DNA of 64,000 nt from Callorhinchus milii (taxonomy: Eukaryota): positions 21,018,001 to 21,082,000 of the forward strand of contig NW_024704745.1 of NCBI RefSeq assembly GCF_018977255.1, given 5' to 3'. The notes below the pieces were generated by a model. That model was given only the letters and a program-made list of their open reading frames with translations, was not told the DNA's origin and made no database searches. Both the position numbers and the translations under genes were made by a program. Each line of letters starts with the position of its first letter. Within the stretch, counting starts at the first letter, position 1. This document shows positions 60,501 through 64,000 of this stretch, piece after piece.

Positions 60501-60852
60501 AAATGTAAATTGCATTGCATGTATATATATATATGATATATATATAATCTGGGCTTCCTATTCCCATTCACAAATTGCTTTCAGACAATAAAAGGTCCAT
60601 GATACAAACCTTTCAGTGAGCTCTTGATGAGGGATGGATTGTGCAAGCTGAATATCGTCCTCCAAACGTTTCTGTTCAGCCTCGAGACGAGTGAGCTCCT
60701 CCGGTGAGCGCTTCTGCTGGCTGATCAGCTGCAGCTCCTGAAGAAGGGCTTGCTTCTCTTTTATTAGTTGGAGACGGTCCCTGTCCGCCTCAGCGCTTCC
60801 CGGCCAGGTCTCATTATCCAGCTGAGCCAGCTGCAGCTGGATGCTGGAAACT
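36490..60852 (-). CDS. WWC3: WW and C2 domain-containing protein 3 (KIBRA/WWC family), last 15 coding exons (2560 nt incl. stop); 5' exons lie beyond the right edge
   Basis: The joined translation is open throughout: coiled coils, Ser-rich [10 protein letters not shown] region, DSGVFE, C2 domain, RSQTF, aPKC-binding [28 protein letters not shown], and C-terminal [18 protein letters not shown] and adjacency to CLCN4 favour WWC3 over WWC1/2. Confidence 0.92.
36742..37172 (-). mobile_element. Full-length Deu-domain SINE in WWC3 last intron
   Basis: Head (caggctgacacc), Deu core, tail. Confidence 0.85.
37760..38000 (-). mobile_element. Old CR1-type LINE 3' fragment
   Basis: [25 protein letters not shown] motif. 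Confidence 0.7.
38119..38246 (-). CDS. WWC3: WWC3 penultimate exon (AKQTK...QVQSFR)
   Basis: ggcag|GCA...AG|gtaaga; 128 nt. Confidence 0.92.
38942..39172 (-). CDS. WWC3: WWC3 exon (PSFKTP...TSLDLELDL...EAERQ)
   Basis: tccag|CCA...CAG|gtgagg; 231 nt. Confidence 0.93.
39668..40085 (-). mobile_element. L2-clade LINE 3' fragment
   Basis: [23 protein letters not shown]; (TTG)n tail. Confidence 0.85.
40272..40422 (+). mobile_element. CR1 3' tail fragment
   Basis: cacagacacgatgggccgaatgg..ccttctg matches the 18010-18150 tail. Confidence 0.75.
41379..41541. mobile_element. Putative hAT (Charlie-like) MITE with internal 24-bp hairpin
   Basis: Ends CAATGGTTGCCACTT / AAGTTGGCCATCACTG; flanks TATTAAAT / CATTAAAC (6 of 8 match, TSD-like). 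Confidence 0.5.
41689..41781 (-). CDS. WWC3: WWC3 exon ([11 protein letters not shown]...LRYKQ)
   Basis: tacag|TTG...CAG|gtatgt; 93 nt. Confidence 0.94.
42567..42915 (-). mobile_element. L2-clade LINE 3' fragment
   Basis: (TTG)n tail and decayed C-terminal ORF. Confidence 0.75.
43720..43884 (-). CDS. WWC3: WWC3 exon (VDKGTNTE...RSQTFSPG...YVCR)
   Basis: tgcag|GTG...AGA|gtgagt; 165 nt. Confidence 0.93.
43975..44915 (-). mobile_element. L2-clade LINE RT/C-terminal fragment
   Basis: [15 protein letters not shown]; [11 protein letters not shown]. Confidence 0.85.
45732..45906 (-). CDS. WWC3: WWC3 exon ([14 protein letters not shown]...VPPMK)
   Basis: tgtag|G...AAG|gtacgt; 175 nt. Confidence 0.82.
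47357..47505 (-). CDS. WWC3: WWC3 exon ([18 protein letters not shown]...AVSER)
   Basis: tgaag|GAT...AG|gtgctc (weak donor); 149 nt; phase matches next exon. Confidence 0.85.
47960..48149. mobile_element. Rearranged Deu-SINE (body on +, head on -)
   Basis: Body gtctaggctg..acctgcctgttca is followed by a reverse-complement tRNA head. Confidence 0.65.
48721..48885 (-). CDS. WWC3: WWC3 exon, end of C2 domain ([10 protein letters not shown]...QWYHV...SEMK)
   Basis: attag|GGA...AAG|gtatgt; 165 nt. Confidence 0.87.
50104..50296 (-). CDS. WWC3: WWC3 exon, C2 domain (YIRISLLPF...QEDLL)
   Basis: taaag|A...CTG|gtaagt; 193 nt. Confidence 0.9.
52225..52311 (-). CDS. WWC3: WWC3 exon, C2 domain ([18 protein letters not shown]...NKV)
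   Basis: tgtag|G...GT|gtaagt; 87 nt. Confidence 0.9.
53191..53268 (-). CDS. WWC3: WWC3 exon (PEDIDEPLY...QIKVGLV)
   Basis: tgcag|G...GT|gtaagt; 78 nt. Confidence 0.88.
53820..53940 (-). CDS. WWC3: WWC3 exon (VTMRSDS...[25 protein letters not shown])
   Basis: tctag|CA...AG|gtgatg; 121 nt; NAGNAG acceptor. Confidence 0.9.
55017..55591 (-). CDS. WWC3: WWC3 large Ser-rich exon ([17 protein letters not shown]...VQGLG)
   Basis: tgcag|T...GGAG|gtacag; 575 nt; phase fits neighbouring exons. Confidence 0.9.
57362..57451 (-). CDS. WWC3: WWC3 exon ([30 protein letters not shown])
   Basis: tgtag|G...AG|gtgagt; 90 nt. Confidence 0.92.
57474..57906 (-). mobile_element. Full-length Deu-domain SINE immediately upstream of a WWC3 acceptor
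   Basis: Head gtagcactctcgcctctgagtcagaaggttgtggg, Deu core, tail. Confidence 0.87.
60610..60852 (-). CDS. WWC3: WWC3 exon ([18 protein letters not shown]...ELTER)
   Basis: atcag|A...AG|gtttgt; 243 nt, phase 2-2. Confidence 0.92.
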
Positions 60853-60934
60853 CTGATCAGTGAGAAAAGACGAGTGGTACATTAACAGACATAATAATAG
60901 ACATAACTTCTACACGTCTCACAGAGCTCCATTG

Positions 60935-61190
60935 GGAATTGCTGTAAACTGTACTGAATGTGCATTTTGTAGTAAACTTAGCAGCTAATGTGCATGCAGC
61001 AACGTCCCGCAGCCATGAAACGAGTGACCAATTCATCCGAGAATTGTAGGCTAGGACACTGAAATAAAATTCCCTTATCTTTTCTAAAAGTGCCATGGGA
61101 TCTTTGACGTCAACCTGAACAGACAGATGGTTTAACTTCTCATCCGAAGGCTGGCACCTCTGATAGTTCCCCCAACACTGCAATGGAGTT
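60935..61190 (-). mobile_element. Deu-domain SINE fragment
   Basis: tgccatgggatctttgacgtcaacctgaac core. Confidence 0.7.
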
Positions 61191-63334
61191 CCATAGTCGA
61201 CCCTGCATAGTCAACAGACTATGAATGATTTGTCATAAGTGAAAGTAATTTTCACTTTATCCACGAGCCCTCTACATGACCTGAGTGAGACATGATCACC
61301 ATTAGTCACCTCTGATCTTGGGATACCCTTTAAAATGCAAACAGACTTTTGCATTTTTAATAGGTTGTGGAAACTAAGAAAGAACTTGCATTATACAGCA
61401 CCTCATCACAATGAAATGGCAAAGCACATTACAGGTAATAGTCAGGTGTAATGATTTTATCAGGCAAGTGTGGCAGCCAGTTTTGCACTGTAAAGATGCC
61501 ACTATAATACACATAATGAATGACAAACTGATCTGGATGCAAGTACTGGATGAATGCGGGGACCGCTCCCTCTCCATCCGAAAGCAAACCCACAATAACT
61601 CATTACACTGTAGTGTGTCTGACAGCTGTTAATGTATTATGTATTGAGTGCACAACTGACATTCCCTCAAGTCTGCAGCTCTCAGACCTTCCTATGTGGC
61701 TGAGGTAGTGATTCATTTCTGTCTGAGGGGAAAAAGTTGACTCACACGATGAACATGCAAAATTCGCAACAACTTTCAGTCAAGTCACACATTAATACTT
61801 TCATAACATTACTTTGTTAAAATAAGCAAATTGACCAACATTGCGGGGTCATTAAATTAAAGTAACTGCAGAAAGATCAGACTGTTTCACTGTACTGATT
61901 CTGTAGCTAATTTGAGGCTAACACTCATCTTATAAATATTTAATTCCTGTACACAAAATCTGTTTATATATTTCTGGCTTACTATGCAAATGGTTTCATA
62001 CTCACTCCACCTGAAAGATCTCTTTCACATTATGCAACTGCAACCCTAAACTATTACACACATTCATAACCACAACCAAAACCATGAGCGAAATATTTCA
62101 TTACAGATTCAATGCGATTATCACATTGAATCTATATTGAAATATTGCATTTTCATCCCTTTTTAAACACACGATTCTGAGCACAATATTTGTATTAATA
62201 TAAAATACAAGCATAAAGAAAATCAGAAATGAAATTATCAAATTTGCAAGTCATGTTAGGTGACCGAAAAGACTATTCCCATCATCAAGTAAAGAGTTAT
62301 GGAATGATATTTGTCCTTTCAAAGTTAGTGCATTGCAGCAATTTCCCTCACTACAGTGTACTAGAACGACCTCTGGGCAGTCATGCCAGCCACACAGAGC
62401 TGGACAGAAAGCACTGCAATGTATGTAAACACAAAGGCCCCTCAGTAATACCAACAAGCTGAAGGCAGGAATGCATGATAATTGAAAAATGTAACCACAA
62501 AGATAATTGCTGCAGCAATGTATTCAATGCATTTCCCCTCACACAGAAGTACAGCGATATCTTCAGCAGAACACTGTTCTTTTCAAAAGCAATTACAAGT
62601 ACAAGGAAAGTGCATAACAGTTTGTTTTTTAACCGAGATTCACACAGTAATTTTCTAATATAACATTCCTTAATAATTTATTTGGGTGGATTTCTGGTGC
62701 TCATTAAAGTACAGAACAGAGCACAATGTTAACACTGAGCAATCGCAGACACATATAGCCAAATGTAGCGCAATTCTACCTTGCAATAAATAAAAAAAAT
62801 CCTTGCATTTGATGTAGCGCTTTTCACGTCTTCGAGACGTCTCAAAGCACTTCACAGAATACACTGTAAAGTGAATTGACTGTATATTTTGCGGACGAAA
62901 CACTGCAAGCAATTGCGCACAGCATTAACCGTGTAAGGCACAACTTTAACCTCAAAAAGAACATAGACTTATGCAGAACTTCAATGAACTGGGCTTCTAT
63001 TCGTCCAAAGTAAGCCAGTAACATAGAAGTAAGAAATACTCAAAGTGTACAGTTAAAGTACTGACATGGCAAAGAGATATATCTGGCGGTTGTGCACATA
63101 TGGAAAAATAGTGACATTCCACAAACTGCAGCAAAATGACACATCTCTATCACAAAATATACAGGGAAGTTGTGGGGCAGTTCAAACTCCAAATGAGAGA
63201 TCCCAGAAGGGAGCTTCATGGTATACAAAATAGGACAGGAATTCTTTCAGATACTCCAAGCCATGATGTGAAAGCATAGGTTGTGATGGGTAACATAAAT
63301 CAAACACCAGAAGTATTTCTTTACACAGAGGATA

Positions 63335-63672
63335 ACTCCTCCTCCTCCCCCACCACCCCTGCCCACCCCCCCTCCACACCATGTTACCTACCACCCCTCA
63401 TGCCTCCTTCATCACCCTCTCCTCCTACCATGGCCCCCAACCAACACTCCTTTGACCCCATCTCTCCCTCCTCCCTTTCCCCCAGCCCATATGAAGTCCA
63501 CCATCTGCTGTCTCGACCCCATCCCCACCAGCTTCTGGTCACTCAACCCTTCCTCTGCCCACTGCTGGCTGACACAATCAACCAGTCCCACCTCAGGCTC
63601 TGCCGCACTCCCCTTCAAAACCGCTGTCATCATTCCTCTCCTTAAAAAACCTATGCTCGATCCCTCCAACCT
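63335..63672 (+). mobile_element. L2-clade LINE internal fragment (pre-RT), followed by a SINE tail to ~63790
   Basis: KSTICCLDPIPT..FKTAVIIPLLKKPMLDPS. Confidence 0.8.
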
Positions 63673-64000
63673 GGTGTGGCTGCCACATTTCTCCCACAAA
63701 ATACAGTCACACCACTTTACAATATATCCTATGAAGTGCTTTGAGACATCTCTACGACATGATAAGGCACATCAAATGCAAGGATTATTAGTATATATAG
63801 GGTTTAACTCAGCTGGTCTGGGTCTGGCGCTCATTGGATAGCTAACACGATGTGCATTTAAAGTGGAATGACAGGATACAATAAGTACCCAAAAAGCATG
63901 TCCACGATCTTAGGCTGGCATCTGAAACCCAGCATTCCATATCTTCCAGCAGATGGATACAATGATCGAAAATCCAATTCACAGTGAATTCCCGCTTACA

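Noticed and set aside
60853-64000. Next upstream WWC3 exon
   Set aside because: No matching frame (expected roughly LAEKVRL..YEEAKRR) found; it probably lies beyond the window.

Overview
Eukaryotic, vertebrate genomic DNA, not prokaryotic. The repeat landscape (Deu-domain tRNA SINEs, CR1 and L2 LINEs, Penelope-type termini) and compact introns suggest a cartilaginous fish, possibly a holocephalan; this is inference. Two spliced genes lie head-to-tail on the minus strand. WWC3 (KIBRA family) contributes its last 15 coding exons, 60852->36490, 852 codons plus stop, ending in the PDZ ligand ADDV. CLCN4 (endosomal 2Cl-/H+ exchanger) contributes its first 8 coding exons, 14086->1610, 1576 nt, and continues off the left edge. 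All exons were delimited by hand from GT-AG sites and join in frame. The WWC3-CLCN4 order matches human Xp22. Most listed six-frame ORFs are transposon debris or chance. The most notable non-routine signals are: an L2 LINE with its whole RT core removed in frame; a Penelope-type hammerhead ribozyme in CLCN4 sense orientation ~300 nt upstream of the first coding exon; two SINE families sharing one 3' tail; a nested CR1/SINE/L2 stack with a 52-bp inverted duplication at its 5' junction; candidate CLCN4 5' exons, including a 15-nt microexon and an in-frame N-terminal extension; a hAT MITE with a pre-miRNA-sized hairpin; and a Tigger remnant in the short intergenic gap. I found no convincing wholly new multi-gene system.
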